DNA of 63,105 bases, counting the filler, from Platydemus manokwari (Eukaryota), in assembly GCA_037951405.1 (NCBI GenBank). It is 5 parts of 5 records of this genome, joined end to end, with 100 filler letters (N's around TTAATTAATTAA, not from the genome) between each part and the next. Parts side by side here need not be neighbours in the genome. Positions count along the whole stretch, not along the records: positions 11,450 to 24,369 come from JBBMOY011904719.1; positions 24,470 to 41,242 come from JBBMOY011144771.1; 3 more parts are not named here. The stretch is one strand, 5' to 3'. Shown here in pieces: positions 11,350 to 25,467 of the stretch. The position numbers and the translations under genes were made by a program. Numbering within the stretch: the first letter of the stretch is position 1; each line of letters begins with the position of its first letter. A model generated the notes under the pieces. That model saw only the letters and a list, made by a program, of their open reading frames with translations, was not told the origin of the DNA and searched no databases.

Positions 11350-11449
11350 NNNNNNNNNNNNNNNNNNNNNNNNNNNNNNNNNNNNNNNNNNNNTTAATTA
11401 ATTAANNNNNNNNNNNNNNNNNNNNNNNNNNNNNNNNNNNNNNNNNNNN
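11350..11449. other. Artificial assembly spacer (44N-TTAATTAATTAA-44N)
   Basis: Exactly 100 bp with a linker carrying stops in all six frames; the same structure occurs four times. Confidence 0.97.
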
Positions 11450-11639
11450 TTTGGCTCTAGTCAGAGCGTTAATTTCGGCGTGGTCGCCAGTAAAAAGACA
11501 ACTCGTTTCCATAAATATTTTATTATATTTCAAAATTACACCGTTTGTTTTTTTCTAATATTTAAACAAATCTCATTTTTTATCTAACTCTTAGTTTAAT
11601 CGTGTATACATGCGTCATTTTCCCAATAATATTCTTAAT

Positions 11640-12790
11640 AATTTAAAAATAAATTTTCAGGTTAAAATTAAAAAAGGCTCCAAAAATAAAATTTTTAATT
11701 TGTAGAATGTATTGCAAAAATTTATATAGTTTATTTAATAAAATTCTTTAAAAAAATTTTGAATTTATTTAAGTACTTGAGAAAATTTTTAGTTGGTTAG
11801 AATAAATATATATACACAAGAGTTTTAAAAATCTACTAAAATTTAATTATTTGAAAAACGGGTCAAAGTAAGTCAAAATGCAAATTGATTGAAAAGTAAT
11901 GAGGACCTCTCTTTTAACAGTAGAAGTAATTAGAATGATTTCTAAGATTTTTCGAGTTGTTTTATAAAAAATGATTTGGAAATCATTGAGAAATGTCAAG
12001 AACTAAGTACTTGTGTTTTATCTCAAAATAAATGTAATAATATATTTAATAGATTGGATACATAGACTCAAAGTTTCCAATATTGTAATGAAATGAATAT
12101 TTCATTAAGATTCAAGAAATAGTACAGGTGGACATTCCACAAATATTAAAGAAGTCGAATAGGTACTTCATTCATCAATTCGGCCTCGTCTCTTTTCGAC
12201 ATTCCGAATAAGGTATTTTGGTGCACAGGACTCACACAAAAAGTGTATTAGCAAAAATGATCTTCTTAAGTAAACCAACAATCAGCAAATAGTGATAATT
12301 TATATTAAAATTAAATTTAAATTTTAAAATTATTCATTAAGTTACAAAATTTGTAGATTTCAACTTTATGACGAAGTAACTTGGCATAGAACAATAACTG
12401 CAGGTCCAAATATCGTCATGGACGTCAAAGACATGGCATTTAAGTTGTTGAAAGACTGGAGATATTCTTGTAAGAGAGAATTTCTTCTTATTTCTAGTCC
12501 ACAACTGAAACGCATCGACTCTCGAAGTCATATATTATAAATTTTATATTATAAATGATACTTCTTTTTAATTGTAAGCTTGAGAAATCATGATCTATAA
12601 TATATGTTAATTTTTGGAGTTGTTTTTTCCTTTTTAATTTAAAATTGAATTTTTAGTAAATTTTTTATTAAAATATGATTACAAATAAATTTTAATGTCG
12701 AGCAACTCACGAACAATCATTATATTAAAATTGGGTCAAAGAACCCTTTTTCTTAACTTAAGCCAATTTTCATACATAACATTAATCATT
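11640..12790 (+). repeat. Dispersed AT-rich repeat (~1.1 kb), probably a non-autonomous transposon
   Basis: Aligns by eye to the reverse complement of 31200-32220, e.g. gtattgcaaaaat.tat.tag, attatttgaaaaacg.gt.aaa.tag/agtcaaaatgcaa, aaaattgggtcaaag.ac....tttcttaacttaagccaa. Its first part aligns directly to 30590-30850. Confidence 0.75.
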
Positions 12791-13075
12791 TTGAGAATTA
12801 CACGAGATGTGTAAATTAGCATTTTAAATTTTTTTAAATAAAATGATTATTGAAGTTATATTTTTACAATTTTAAGTTTAAAATATTTTCGAAAATTCTT
12901 CTTATTATAAGGTTTAAAATTAACCATATATTATATTTTTTTGTTATAAGGGAATTTATTAACAACTATAATTTAACATCTTTCATAAAATTAATTTGTT
13001 ATATCATATCAATTAAATCTTTTTGAGGTCTACATATTTGATATACTTAAGTTAATTTAATTTTTAAAGATTAGG

Positions 13076-16000
13076 ATGCCAACATTTTATACGAAAACAA
13101 TATCTGCAATTTTGGAACCGGTTGCTCAGCAAGTAATTGTGTAAATAATTATTTTTATTTTTATTTATTTTTTTCTAGGTGTCATTATTGGTTGTTTTAC
13201 ATGAAGAAGTTGAAGCTGGAGTTATTATACCTGATTTAAAAACTCCTATTAATGTAGTTAAAATGGCAGTTTTAAATTTAACACAAGTAATATTTTCAAT
13301 TCAATATTTTTCAAAATTCAATCTATTTATGATAAATAAGATTGGTTCACAAACTTATCAATCATCAAAAGATGAAATATTGAAACGAGACATGCCACCT
13401 GCTTTAAAGAGAGTTGAAGAAGCTTCCGAAGATTTGGAAGCTGCCGCTTACATATTATCAACAGACAAAACTAGTTTACTAGCTCGAAAAAAGTTAATCG
13501 ATGGATCTAGAGGTAAAGAGACTTAATCAATTAACATTTCAAAGCATTGTAAATGATTATTATTTGTTTATAAATAGGTATTTTGCAAGGCACATCAACC
13601 GTTCTGGTCGTTTATGACATGTCCGAAGTGCGAAAAATCATCAACATTTGTAACAAAGTGAAATTATTTATGAATTATGTGGAGACAATTACTTCAATGG
13701 ATCAGTTGGCTGCTTTTATAAAAGTAGAAATTACGTTCTATAAATTAATTATCATATTTGCTGCGTATCGATTAAACTTCGTCACCATAAACATGTGTCT
13801 GTATTTGATTACTTAATTAATTAAAATAATATTAAAAATTGTAAATGAAAAATTAATCAATATTTTATTTGCATAGCCAATTGAAAATTTTTGTTGATTT
13901 ATGATTTTTCATTTAATTTATTATCGATTATAATGTGTTAATTAAAATTTGAGATTTAATTAATTAGTTATTGATTGTTGGGTTAATTTTTCGGATTAAA
14001 TATTTGATTTTTATTAAAAATTTTCATTCATTATTTCGGTTATTTTTGGTGGGGATTCAATTTTTGCGTGGGAGGTTTTGATGTGAATGTGAGTGTAATA
14101 GTCACGGATTTGAATCCACCAAAGAAAGAATTAATAAATAAGCGATTCGAAATCATATTCCGGATACTGATGAGTAGGAAAAAATCACCAAATCATTCAT
14201 TCAGTGGGAATGGAATACGTTTAGTCACCGAAACCATCACAACAATCAACGTTTAAAATATGAGAAATCGTAAACATACAAAACCAATGAAAATCGAATA
14301 AAATCACCGAAAAATTATTAGCTGCATTGTATTTTTCCAAATGAATTCATTTCACATTGGAAAATCGTATTTTTCCATATTTTGCTCAATTATTTGCCAG
14401 GAGAAATTGATTGCTTTAATCAAATATTTTTTGTTATTCAATGATAAAAGAAATCTATGAATGTGACTTAATATGTTGGAGGATTGTCAGTGAATTCGAT
14501 CATCATTTTCAATTTTATTTGCGATTTGACTCGCATACACACACAGCACATTGGACAGAAATAAAATGATTTGTATTTCTATTAAATTGACGAGAAAATA
14601 TTTATTTATCTGATTTCGTACATTTTTTTTGCATAGTAATCGTTTTGCAATTTGTAATCGGTTTTTGTTTGTTCTAGGCATTGATATATTTTTTTTGAGT
14701 GTATTTGTTTCGATCACAATCACCGCCAATTCGAGAGAAATTCTCTGGTGTTTATGAAAATAAAATCATTCTATTCCAATTGAGCATAATTAATAATTTA
14801 TCTTGACAGAATCTAACCCCTCAACTGACCTCAATGACGAAATTGACGTCTGGCAGAGCTGATGAATTAACTGTGAAAGCCCACGCAGACATATTGATCC
14901 AGTCATTAGATCAGATCAAAAACTACACTCCACTGTTGCTGTCGTCATTGAAAATGTTGATTATTAATAACGAAAATCCAAGTTAGTTTTTTCTTTTCAT
15001 TCGTCAGAAACTTTTTGTGCGAATCGTCGTTGACAAAATCGATCTATTTTTGTCTATTAGTCACTGCACAATTGATATTTCGTCACTGGCTATGTTTCAC
15101 CATTGCCCATGTCATTGTGTATGTGCGTGCGTGTGTGTGTTTGCTGGATGATTGGTAATGCCAACCAATGAAAATGCGTGTTCCAAATAGGTTTTGTTTT
15201 AAAATTATATTTTGATTTTTTATTTTGGCGATAAAATTGCTGCGATGTACATTGCGGAACTTGATTGATTCGCCTTACCAGTGGAAACTTAATTAAGAAT
15301 TTTGTTTTGAATTCTGATATTAGAGTTGAGGGATTGATAATTAATATTTTCCGATTTTTTAAATGTGATTTGATTTTTAAATTACTGTTTGAGGTTCTAT
15401 ATTGATTTTAAGATTGAATAAATGTTGATTTGGAATGAACGAGTAATTAGTCATTGATTTTTGGGACGAAATGGGTATGAAGTTTATAATGGTCTTTGAG
15501 GTTTGTAATATGACATGTTTGAATTCTTTTGAAATAAATCGATATTCAACCAAAAATATATTTAAACAGAAAGATCAAAAACGTGATATGTCAATAATTT
15601 TATACTTTCCTTTGATAAAATCTTCACTTAGCATGCCTCATATCGATAAAATAAATTTTATCAACTGTCAGCCAAGATTTAGCTTTATCATTTTTGGTGT
15701 TGAAAGAAGCTTTTTAATAAAATATTGAGTCTTAACACTACACAAATGTTGGGAATGTTTTCATTTATTTTATTATTTTGTGATTGGATTAAAGGTGGTG
15801 AAAGGATGTACAACACTTGTATCGAACATAACTTGTATCGATATAACTACTAACTAGAGATTTCTATTTAATATAATAAAAAGCTTAGAAATGAAAAATA
15901 TAATTAAAATCAATGAAATAATTCGATTGAAGTGTTTTGATGTTCATGTTTAAGATCAAAGAAAAATAATCTTCCAGTGATTTATTCAAATTTCATCGCC

Positions 16001-19000
16001 GCTTTAGTGGAAATCTTTCGAAAAAATGTTGCTAATAAATATTGCATTGAATCTGATATTCTTTCTTGATAATTAAAATGTGAGGAAGATGTGTTGAATA
16101 GAATGGCATAAATGGATGAAAATATTCTCCATTTGATAAATAAATGCTCACATCAAAATATACAATTAATTTCAAAATTTTTATCAATTGTTTTCAGTTA
16201 TATTATAAAGATGTTTTTATTGGCTTTAATTAACATATTTATGTGCATTATTTAGTTTCAGAACAATCATATAATTATTAATGCATCAATAAATATTTGT
16301 CAATGAAAGAACAAAAAAAAGTTGTGAATTACATATGGACGAATATAAAACTAATATAAATATCTAACACAACTACTTAACTGTCTATATCGTTAAGCTT
16401 ATCAATTATTAATTTTGGAGATTCCATTAATACGTTTGATTAAATATGGATATCAATTAGAACAATAATGACTTTAAAATTGAAATTCATGCTCTGGTTC
16501 CTTAGCAACGGTTGGAAAAAATAATAAATCAAATTTTTTCTACTCTGATTGCGTTATATGGCTCAATTCGAACAGCTATTAAACTATTGTAGACAGTCTT
16601 AAATGATGTCCCATCCAAATGAATATTGTTTTGGATTCATTGATTTATCTGAATCGATGATATAATGTAACCATTTAGGTTCTCATAGAATATGAGTAAT
16701 TCCCAAAAGAGAAAGTTTTATTATATTTATTGATGTCATATAAAATTGTCTGTAAGTAGCTTGATTAATCTTCTCTTCAGATAATCTCAATCTTATGTTT
16801 ACTGATGTTAATTTTTTTGTTTATTTATTGTTTTTATTAGGTTTTATTTTAATAAAGAGGTTCTCAGCAAATCAATTAATTATTTTACTATTTCTGTCCA
16901 TTTTATTTTTCTTAATTTCGATTTCTTTTCGGGATATTGGTCTTGATTTATTCAATCGAGATAATAATTCTGTTCCCTAATTACTGGTAAAAAAATCTAT
17001 CTACTTTTATCATAGATAATTGTAAATGTCATTAAAAATGTTACAAATTAACAGGTAATGTTGATCAAAACTCCATCAATGAATGTAAAAAGAATCGCAA
17101 TTATTCTGTATTTAAACTGCTTGAATATATTCAAGAAATTATACGCGTATTGCTCTTGACCGGAGAAACAGAATCTCCATATTGGGAAAATGAACAGTAT
17201 AATATCATTAGACAATGCAAAACTAGAATAGACAGTCGTTCTGGTCTTATCGATCAGTGGATTTCTACTAATCAGGTTGATATAAATATTTATGTTTTTA
17301 AAAATATCGATATGGCTTTCAATGTGTTTGTCAGTTAATTTGTTTATCATTTTTGGATATTTTAGCCACCAAATGGGAGTCTTTATGGAGCTGCTGTAAA
17401 CGATTACTTTGAAAATCTACAGACGATTCTTAATAACTGTTCTGATCCTATCGCACGTAGTAAAATCCATTCACAGTTCACAGATTTGAAACAAATGCAA
17501 GCTAAAATACACGATTTACAGAGAAATGGAGAGGTCGGTTTTGTGATTTGCATTTTTTCTGATTAATAATAAAATTAATGTTTATTTAGCTGAATAAATT
17601 GTTTGAAATACATTATAAATAATTAAATTAATGTATTAAAAGCGATTTCGTTTAATTGATCAATGAATAATTATTCGAAAATCTATAACTGATTCTTGTG
17701 GGTGGGAATTTCTCTTGGGTTTCATGTTGTGAAAGCATGGTACCGAAGATAAATTGAATAAGAAATAGAACTATTTAGCTTATTGATCATTTAAAATCTT
17801 CAATCCGAAACAGTATGGGCATATTTTTAACAGTTATAGGCATTTTACAAAATCCAGAATAATAATAATTGATTGATTATATTTATCTTTTTTAAATTTA
17901 AGATTAATAAGAAATCAATAGTTTAATTCAAGCATAATAAATCTGTGATATTATTACAGCTTATTGAGAATGTGTGAAAATCCAGAACTAACTGAAATGA
18001 ATACTTTCATAGATACAGCACTTACCTATTTAAGAGTTGTGGGTAAATGGCAACCGAATCGGGTTCATATTTTGAGTCTTTATCATTATATCGAACAAAC
18101 TCCATTACCAAAGATTTTTATATGTAAATTACTACAACAACAATATATGAAGGAAGTTTATGGTAGAAAAGGAAAATTGCTGCATTATTTTCATGAAACC
18201 AGTAAAATCATTGGATCTCAAGAAGCTCCAATGGAACAAGTTCAAGCATTTTTCACCATAGCTCCAATTTTTCCCATCATGTATTTAACATTTGACATAC
18301 CAAATTTATTAAAAGACTTCGTTCATTCCTTTCTTGAAACTATTGATCAAATACCCACCAGAGAGGATTTGGATGCAATAATCAGTATGTTACCGATTAA
18401 ATCCGGTCAAGGGTATCAGAGAACAAGAAAATTGACATTTGGAACACAGGAACATCAAAGCCCTGACAATTTGCGAAGACAACAATTCCAAGAAGAAAGG
18501 ACAAGCACAAAGAAAGCCAGAAAAAGGTTGTCAGAGTCCATTGTAGAAGCAAAAAAACCTGGTTGGAACATATCATTAGGAGCGTTTCCTTATATGAACG
18601 AATAATTATTTTTGAAAACAAACAATATAATTTTTGCTATATTTTTTATTATATATAGCTATAATATTTCAATGAAATCATCAAATAAATTATTTTTATT
18701 TTAAGTGAATGTTAAAATCAATTACAGTTTCGAATTATTAATCAGTGGGTTTAATTATTATTTATAGAATCAGTGCATGGTAAGTGGCATGATTTGTCAT
18801 TCTTAAATATCCAAAATCGTGGAATGCACCACTAGAAAATAGACGTCTAAAATTTCTCAATGATTAATTTTAAATATTTTGTTATGCATATACTGTGATA
18901 TCAATTAATACAAATATATATATAGTGTATGTCATATTATTATGCTTGAAATCAATTTTCTCATTTATTAAAATTTTATTTCTAAGTATTGTTTCAAACA

Positions 19001-22000
19001 AAGTGTGATCTTAATATACAATAATTTGTAGTTCTATTTTCGTATTAAAAATAATAAAATAAAAAATGTATTTGTTCCTGTAATGACTTATAAACCAAAT
19101 TAACAGTTTGAAATAGTAGGAATAAATATTTCATTAATTAATGTCTTTATTTGTGTCGAATACATTTTTTAAAGCTAATTTCAGTCGACTTTTTCATGAT
19201 TATTACTTAGTGACGTACAGATAGCATTTTTTTTAATTTACCGAGTCTATTTCATCAATAGAAACTACATGAAATATTAGATGAAAGTTAAAAGAAATCT
19301 TTTTTGTTTTTATTTGAAGATAATCTCACAGCCCTTAATCTAAAGATTTGTACTATTCCTAGTTTCTACGTCATAGCTATTTGATTGGATTATAATATAA
19401 TGTATCGGGCTTTCTTTATGAATTGCGACGTATTTAGATTTCGAACAATGTTCTCATGGGATGTATAATCTGCGAGTTGTCATCATAATCTACAGATAAA
19501 TACGATTTAGATTGAAAACATTGATGATTTCACATCAAAATTAATTATTTTGAAATTGAATTTATTTTTAATTCTACTGATACCATTCAGGGATCTAGTC
19601 CGGTTATGATGAATTTAAAGCAACAATTTCAAAATAAGTATGATGAAAACAAAGAATTATGTGATTGTGCCTTATCGAAAGCTTGTTGCGACTCTAACGT
19701 GAAACTGGCTCGAACAATTGAAGGTCGTCTGGCACAAGCTCAGTTGTGGCTTGCAAATCCTGATGGATCCGAAAGGCGACTGGGTGTTTTAGCCAGTAAA
19801 TCTCTCGTCGAAGATGGTGATCATTTGAGAGATATTCTGAAGGCATCTAGCAGAAATAAGAAATTGCTTGATTCTTTAACTGAATCCTGTCAGTGTGTGG
19901 ATTCTAAAATCGACTCACTTAATAATTTAGCAATACACTGTATGATTTTCTGAATTATAATTTCATATATTTTGTTTTATTTAATTGCTAATTTTTTTCA
20001 TTTATCAATAATTTAGCTCAATGCAAATCACCCGAAGGCTATCAATTGGCCCATGATCTTCTTAATGATCTTAGTCGACTGAAAGATAATATATCAATGG
20101 GAATCATTGATCAAGTCGCTGAACATTTTGTAGATTTAAAAGGGCCCATTCGTAGACTCTCTGAAACTGCAAATGCCTTGCCTGGTGACTCAAATAGATT
20201 GGAAAATTTTGATAATGCCGCTGCACAGTTCATTGTAAGTTTATAAACTTTTCTCTGACCGTTTCAGCTTTCGAATTTCTTCTGTTTATTGTATATATAC
20301 CGTTAATTTATATCGATTTTCAATAAATGGTTATTAAATCGAGTTTAAAGTGTATCTCTTATCTTAAAGCTTTAATTTTAAATAACTTTTTAAACTCAAA
20401 TAAAATACCCACTCAAGATACTCGATAATGAAATCTGATATTGTTGAACTCTTGTCACTTGTTCGGTATTCATCGATATATTTTATATCTTCTCCGACAT
20501 AAAAACAAGTACAAAGAAGATCTACTCTGTCATAAAGCATGGATTAGTATTCTCATTCGAAATAATAATCATTTCTGGGATTTGATTTTTAGGGCATCAG
20601 AGTTGGCAAAAAAGATATCTTCCTTTAATGTGAAGTCTCAAATCTTAATAGCTTAATAGAATCGCTATTCTCAGAATTTGGATTGAAATATTCATGAAAA
20701 CTACTAATTATATTTTGTGAATACTGACATTATTTCGAATAGAAAAGATAATTTTGATTTTTATGTATGGTGCACCAGATTAAATCGATTCTTTAAAATT
20801 GACAAGAGAAAGATATTCACAGTTCATTGAATACCGTGTGAATTCAGTAAACCAATACAATACAGATAATTCCTTGAAAGAAATGACATTGTTTAAATTT
20901 CTTCACAGATTTTCTTTCAACTCAATTTTATAAAAATTTAGATGATCTAAGAATTGACTTCTTGTGAACTATGTGGTCTTATATATACGTTAAAAATACG
21001 TGAATTTTCTGCGTTAAGCAATGACTACGATGAACAGAGATATTGAGAGAAAACATTCGTCGATGAGTTTTTAATGCCTGATTTTATTTCCCCAAATTTT
21101 GAAACACATCATTTATTTATACATAAACTCTATTCATTAATTTATTTGTCAATCCAGTTCAATTGTTTTGATATAAATTATATTTTTAACACAACAAAAC
21201 ACTATTTGTTATTAATGTGTGGAATCGAATTTAATGTTTTTTGCTTTAGTGAATTTTTGACCAATCGTTTTCGGTGCCTCTCTTATAATCAATATCTTGA
21301 TTTTGAGCAAGAATTATCAAGAATTGGAAAGTAAATATACCAGAAATAGAGATTTCATTTATAAAAAGATATTATAATTATATTTGAAAAGTTATCATGA
21401 TCGATTTTCACGAAAAAATTTAATTTAAAAATGAAATTCAATTATCTATGCCTGGTAAATTGTGAAAGTAAAGATAATAAATTAAACTGATATTCCTTTA
21501 TATGTTTTTATCCCTATATGACCAATTTTCAAGGGATCTCATCCTTAAATTTGTGTCGCTAAGACGTTACTTGATTACGACCCTGGGCTAAAGCTCAATG
21601 ACATATGAGAAGTCTCTTGATTTCGAGCGTGAAACGATCATGAGCTGTTTATTTAGACTGAATTTGGCTCATTATCTAGATGGTCGCTTATTGATTCTCA
21701 TTTGGTCAATAAAGGATTGAAAGATTGATCGGAGAGTTTTTTCATCAAATGAAATAATTGGTCATATAATTGATGTGTGTGTGTGCGTATGTGCTTATTC
21801 TTAAGATGATGAACTCCATAATCTAATCGTAATTGTTAAAAACATAGTTCAAAAAATTGTGAGAATTTATAGATGATTATTATCATCTTTACTTCATTAA
21901 TATATTCACATTTTTCTATCAAAAGTGTGCCTTTCGAATAATTTTCCGATTTTTTACCAGGCGATTAATGTGTAATAAATATTTTTGTTGGGGTTATTAA

Positions 22001-23959
22001 ATAGAAAATAACTTTTATGTAATGAGTTATCTAATAACATTACTTTGGAAGAAATACTTCAGTAATTGAAGAATTTCTTAATTTTGTAATTTAAAACTTC
22101 CTCGACATGCACTTCATACGGTGCGTGGATCTCTCCATTGAGCATTAATTTTTTTTATTATAACTAAACTAATATTTATTTATCGGATAATTATTTACTT
22201 GATCATTTGTTTTGTTATTTAATTTTTTGTTAATGATAATTTTTATTTTATTATTTTTCTCCTTTCATGTATCATTTTTTGCTTTGTGAATGATAATATC
22301 AGTCCAGTAATACAAAATATTCCAATTTCATAATCGAAAATTTGTTAAAATTTATTTAATAAATTCCGGTATCCGGCATACACGTGAATATCATGTGAAG
22401 AATTACGACACTTTATTTTGTCGTGTAATGATGACGATATAAAACTAAAAACCATGGATTGAAATAAACCATGTTAAGACGAAAATGAAAAATCAAAACA
22501 AGTTTGATTGGGGATTGACAGCATTATTTCCGAAATTGTTTTATCTCGACATTTTTTCACATGTTTATTCGACAAACTAATGTTATTGATTTTCATTGGA
22601 AATGTCAGAACACTTGATTTGGGAATTAAATTAAATTTCATTAAATCAATTAAATTTCATTTCTGCTTTCTTATTGGAAATAATGTATTGATTTTGTAAA
22701 AATTTTAATGAAATGTTTTGAAAGTTTTTGTTTCATCGAATGAATATCAATATTGGAGGAATAGTCATTGATCTTGGAACAGATATGAATAAAAAAACTG
22801 AACGAAAAACTCTTACTGTAAGATCACACAAAATAACATTCGAAACGGAACGAAAATAAAAATAAGTATATCAAAAGTATTAGATAAAAACGAATTGAAA
22901 AAATTGCAAACGACCATTCTAACCAATTTAGATAATATAAAAATATGAAGAAATCACTGAATGAGGTACATGTAGTATGCTTTAAGAAGTCCATTTGAAG
23001 ATAAAAACGAGAAAACTCTTGGGACAACTTATAATCTGTAACAAATTGGCTTGCTGATATAATGAAGTTTTATTCAATACTTTCGCTATAATATCAACAT
23101 TTATCTCACTACTACCAAATTGTAATTTAATTTGAGAGGAAGAGTGGATTTTATTTAGTACCTTATCCTAGTTTGTTCGTCATTTTTTCCTTTTTAAAGA
23201 CGTATTCTGATGATATTTTCTCAACAAATAAATATTAATTTCGGCACTCAATGGAATATCTATGTTTGTTAGATTTCTAATCGAGAACCTTCTATCAAGT
23301 TTTCCTTTATAGCGTCCATTACAATGGTTAAAATAAGGTGATAGAATTTTTACAAAATCGGAGTTGCGATTTGAATATTATGATCAAAAACTGATCTATA
23401 TAAATAGATAATAAAAACTGATCAATTGAAAGAAGAGAAAATAATAGATAATTATTAAGTAGAATACGGTTTTTGATAATTTAATATAATGTACAGAAAA
23501 ATCGAAATTATCAAGTATTGAGAAAAAACATTTATTCGTGGATATCTCTCGAACCGATTCCAAAATATTCAAGTATCAGCTATATGATAGAACATCTATA
23601 CCAACATAATTTGTAGCAAATCTACTCATCAAAATATGATCCTCATTGAGCTTTTAATTGATTTGATTTACTTTAACTCTTATTTTTAAAAAGATTTTTG
23701 ATGGAATTTTGATTTTATTGATTTTTCTAAATAATCTTTCCTTTTCATCTCATTGTTAAATAAATAAAAATATGATACCCATTCAGTTGAGTTACAGAGT
23801 TCTCAATGAAAACTATCGAGCTCAATATTTACTTTTACATTTTTTTATTAAATAAAATTTTAGAAACAAGGCGAATCAATCTGTTCGACTGCAAATCTTA
23901 TTCAACCACTTATATCAGACAATGAACGCGTTGCCAACTTGAAGCGATTGAATGATGAG
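13076..23959 (+). CDS. VCL: Vinculin, 5' part (10 coding exons; truncated by the gap)
   Basis: Exons 13076-13132, 13179-13286, 13341-13512, 13578-13723, 14810-14981, 17055-17275, 17366-17533, 19591-19939, 20017-20234 and 23864-23959; all introns are GT-AG and phase-compatible. Translation includes MPTFYTKTISAILEPVAQQVS, DEILKRDMPPALKRVE, LIDGSRGILQGTS, DMSEVRKII, KNRNY...EIIRVLLLT and QAQLWLANP, all hallmark vinculin head sequences. Confidence 0.95.
17970..18605 (+). CDS. Orphan ~211-aa ORF nested in vinculin intron 7
   Basis: A stop-free 640-nt frame in very AT-rich intronic DNA, with ordinary protein-like composition. ATG at 17970, acceptor-like ttattacag ending at 17960, AATAAA at about 18684. 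Confidence 0.6.
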   Translation: MCENPELTEMNTFIDTALTYLRVVGKWQPNRVHILSLYHYIEQTPLPKIFICKLLQQQYMKEVYGRKGKLLHYFHETSKIIGSQEAPMEQVQAFFTIAPIFPIMYLTFDIPNLLKDFVHSFLETIDQIPTREDLDAIISMLPIKSGQGYQRTRKLTFGTQEHQSPDNLRRQQFQEERTSTKKARKRLSESIVEAKKPGWNISLGAFPYMNE

Positions 23960-24369
23960 GTGAGATTGATATTTTTTCAATATCATATATATCACCGATA
24001 TTAATGGAAATTGATTATAACCACATTTGCTTGCGATTGTTATTATTTTTGTATTTATCACATCAGAAATTGAGTATTCTTCTCCAGATTGAAGGAATTT
24101 ATATTATAAGAATTAAATTCTTTGTACCAGTATTTATTTTATCTATAATTGTACGCTCAGTTACTTATACAATGACAGCGTTATACATTATACATCGTTG
24201 TTATTCCATGTAATCGAAGAAGTTAATAAATAACTGAGTTTAAGATATAATGATTATATTAATAAATACGAATATATTAGATGTTAAATGTATAATTGAT
24301 ATCAGTGATATATATGATAAAATATGTTGAATATAACATTATAATTTTATGTGACACCTGCTGATGTAT

Positions 24370-24469
24370 NNNNNNNNNNNNNNNNNNNNNNNNNNNNNNN
24401 NNNNNNNNNNNNNTTAATTAATTAANNNNNNNNNNNNNNNNNNNNNNNNNNNNNNNNNNNNNNNNNNNN
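24370..24469. other. Artificial assembly spacer
   Basis: 44N-TTAATTAATTAA-44N. Confidence 0.97.
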
Positions 24470-24926
24470 TTTAATTCTTTAACATGCAAATCCCTTAATA
24501 TCTCCAAACAAGAAATATATGACTTATACCACTTTCATAATCAAGGCCACATATCATATCATCTTTTCGATATTTGAACATGTTACTGTCTGATTATAAT
24601 CGATTAATATATGTTATCATTAAAGATATAAAACAAAACATTGTTATAAAATGATCAAATGTTCTCAATTCAGTTCTGAATTATTGATATTATTCATCAT
24701 TTTATAATGGGATGAATTTGAAATTTGGAAAACTTGAATGTATTGTTGATAAGGATTCATTGATGGTTAATTATGTCAACGCTTTGTTGTGCTAATTTGT
24801 GACCACAAATAATATTCATATAAAATAAGGACGTTTTTTGAAAAATATAATCTGTTCGGTTATCAATGATTATCAACTAATCAAGCTGTTTTTTGATTGG
24901 TTTCACTCTCTTTATTATCTGACCAG

Positions 24927-25467
24927 GAAGACATTGGTATCCGCATTGAACCTTTCCTATTCGAATGGCTTGGATGGTACAAAGGTCAAATGCCAAATTT
25001 TCTCACTTCTGAACAGTTTCAAGCAGAAGGAATGCCAATACAGGCTCAATATACTCCTATCAGTCGCATAGTTGATTTGCGTTTGAATGAAACTCCTACT
25101 CAATACTATGAACGGAAAGGCCGACTGGTGAAACGGTTGGTTGAGCAAAATAAAAACAAAGGTGTGCTCGAAATGATTTACTAATCACAATCATCTTATC
25201 GTCCACCTTCCAGGAACAACTTTGCTTATAATTGGACATGCTGCCTCCCTTGACGTCTGCACACGTCCATTAGTCAACAAATCAAGTTGGCCTCCTCAAA
25301 TCACGGAACAAGAGTTTCACTCACGATCAGGTGTTGTTCCATTTTGTGGAATCATTGTAGCTGAGGAGCGAACACTTCGTTGGCAACTCGTTGATTCGCC
25401 GATTTCACCGTTCACGCATTGCAAAAATGGTGACTTCTCCTGGCGAGATGTTTTCTTGTCGAATTGA
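24927..25467 (+). CDS. UBASH3: UBASH3/Sts-1 (ecdysteroid phosphate phosphatase-like) histidine phosphatase, last two exons
   Basis: Exons 24927-25161 and 25214-25467 give IRIEPFLFEWLGW...E...YYER...LLIIGHAASLDVCTRPL...VPFCG...WQLVDSPISPFTH..NGDFSWR. This matches the UBASH3B C-terminus IRVEPGLFEW / ILIVAHASSLEAC / WQLTDPPILPLTH..GGFNWR. Confidence 0.9.

Noticed and set aside
11394-11405. TTAATTAATTAA palindrome recurring four times
   Set aside because: It is always centred in N-runs, so it is an artificial six-frame stop linker and not biological.
14140-14190. CTGATGA with nearby GAAA as a hammerhead
   Set aside because: Stems II and III cannot be formed.
23864-25467. Apparent vinculin-UBASH3 fusion gene on the same strand
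   Set aside because: The two parts are separated by an artificial spacer, and both genes are simply truncated.
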